Positions 63,267 to 64,000 of a stretch of 64,000 bases of DNA are shown piece after piece. The DNA is taken from assembly GCA_963716725.1 (NCBI GenBank), contig CAVQUB010000001.1:96001-160000 (forward strand). Direction: 5' to 3'. The notes below the pieces were generated by a model. That model had not been told where the DNA came from. It saw nothing but the letters and a program-made list of their open reading frames with translations, and did no database searches. Source of the DNA: an uncultured delta proteobacterium. GTDB taxonomy: Bacteria > Myxococcota_A > Polyangia > Polyangiales > Polyangiaceae. Both the position numbers and the translations under genes were made by a program. Position 1 is the stretch's first letter; the number at the start of each line of letters is the position of its first letter.

Positions 63267-63854
63267 ATGCGACCGCTGCTGTCATGTGCGTTTCTGGCGA
63301 TCCTTCTGCCTGCGCTCCACCTCTCGTCGTGCGCTGAAGAGACGAACGAGACGAACGACTCCGGTGTCCACCCGGTCGTTTGCACGGAGCTCGACGAGGC
63401 GGCCTGCGTTGGTGCTCCGGCCTGTGCGTGGCGACCAGACGGCTGCCACCCCACCGACGCCGGAATTTCTGACGCCGCAGCGGAGTGCGGCGCCGACACC
63501 TGCCCCCCGGACGCGTGCGGATGGGTGCTCGCCGACGGCCAGTTGATCTGCATCTCGAAGCCGGACTGCACCGGGCTCGACGAGGCGACCTGCTCGGCGA
63601 CCGTGGGCTGCGTCGCCGTCAAGGGACGCCTCGCCACCGATCCACCCGGGACGATGAAGTACGTTGGATGCGGTGATGGCACCGGAACGCCGGGAGCCCT
63701 GATTACATGCACTGCACCTGGCCCGGAGGGACCCTGCTGGGTCATCCAGGTCACCTGGGTGCCCGCGGGATGGCCGAAATGGGCCTGCGGTGACCACCCG
63801 ACAACCACCGAGGAGTGCATGCAGCAGGCCCCATTCGACGCAGGCTCGGACTGA
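63267..63854 (+). CDS. Cys-rich lipoprotein
   Basis: Leader ending LSSC; CTELDEAAC / CTGLDEATC internal repeat; GAGG RBS. Confidence 0.75.
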   Translation: MRPLLSCAFLAILLPALHLSSCAEETNETNDSGVHPVVCTELDEAACVGAPACAWRPDGCHPTDAGISDAAAECGADTCPPDACGWVLADGQLICISKPDCTGLDEATCSATVGCVAVKGRLATDPPGTMKYVGCGDGTGTPGALITCTAPGPEGPCWVIQVTWVPAGWPKWACGDHPTTTEECMQQAPFDAGSD

Positions 63855-63900
63855 AGCCCCCCGTTTCTCCCGGCGCGCCCCCTCGACCGGCTCACCCCAG

Positions 63901-64000
63901 CCCAGCTACGGCGCTGAACATTCTGTAGCCATCACGATACAATCGCGCGAGGCGAAAACCTTCGCTTTTTTCCGACTCTACGCGCGCCGATACTGACGCG
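63901..64000 (+). repeat. Repeat family D copy, runs off the right edge
   Basis: Matches 60330-60429. Confidence 0.9.

Overview
High-GC bacterial DNA with a gene content typical of Myxococcota (Polyangiales-like; inferred from gene families). After a frameshifted monomeric isocitrate dehydrogenase at the left edge, the window is an accessory region. It has two parallel signalling modules (membrane Ser/Thr kinase + secreted Cys-helical/PEGA-like protein + FHA-sigma54 activator) next to Gly-linker lipoproteins that sit behind sigma54 -24/-12 motifs. The second module lies in a carbohydrate-enzyme cluster (PL14-like, GH16-like, PL1-like, beta-propeller). An intact 3,258-bp three-gene TGT...ACA transposon with a 5-bp target duplication splits the PL1 gene. 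The rest is a mosaic of orphan lipoproteins, gene tails (hutU, parE/gyrB) and IS remnants (IS66, IS4, IS91-like, integrase-core elements), with several dispersed repeat families including a ~30-bp micro-insertion found only inside transposase remnants. A heptamer repeat at the start of a subtilase gene is a candidate phase switch. No rRNA, tRNA or CRISPR array was seen. All product calls come from motif recognition by eye, not from database searches.
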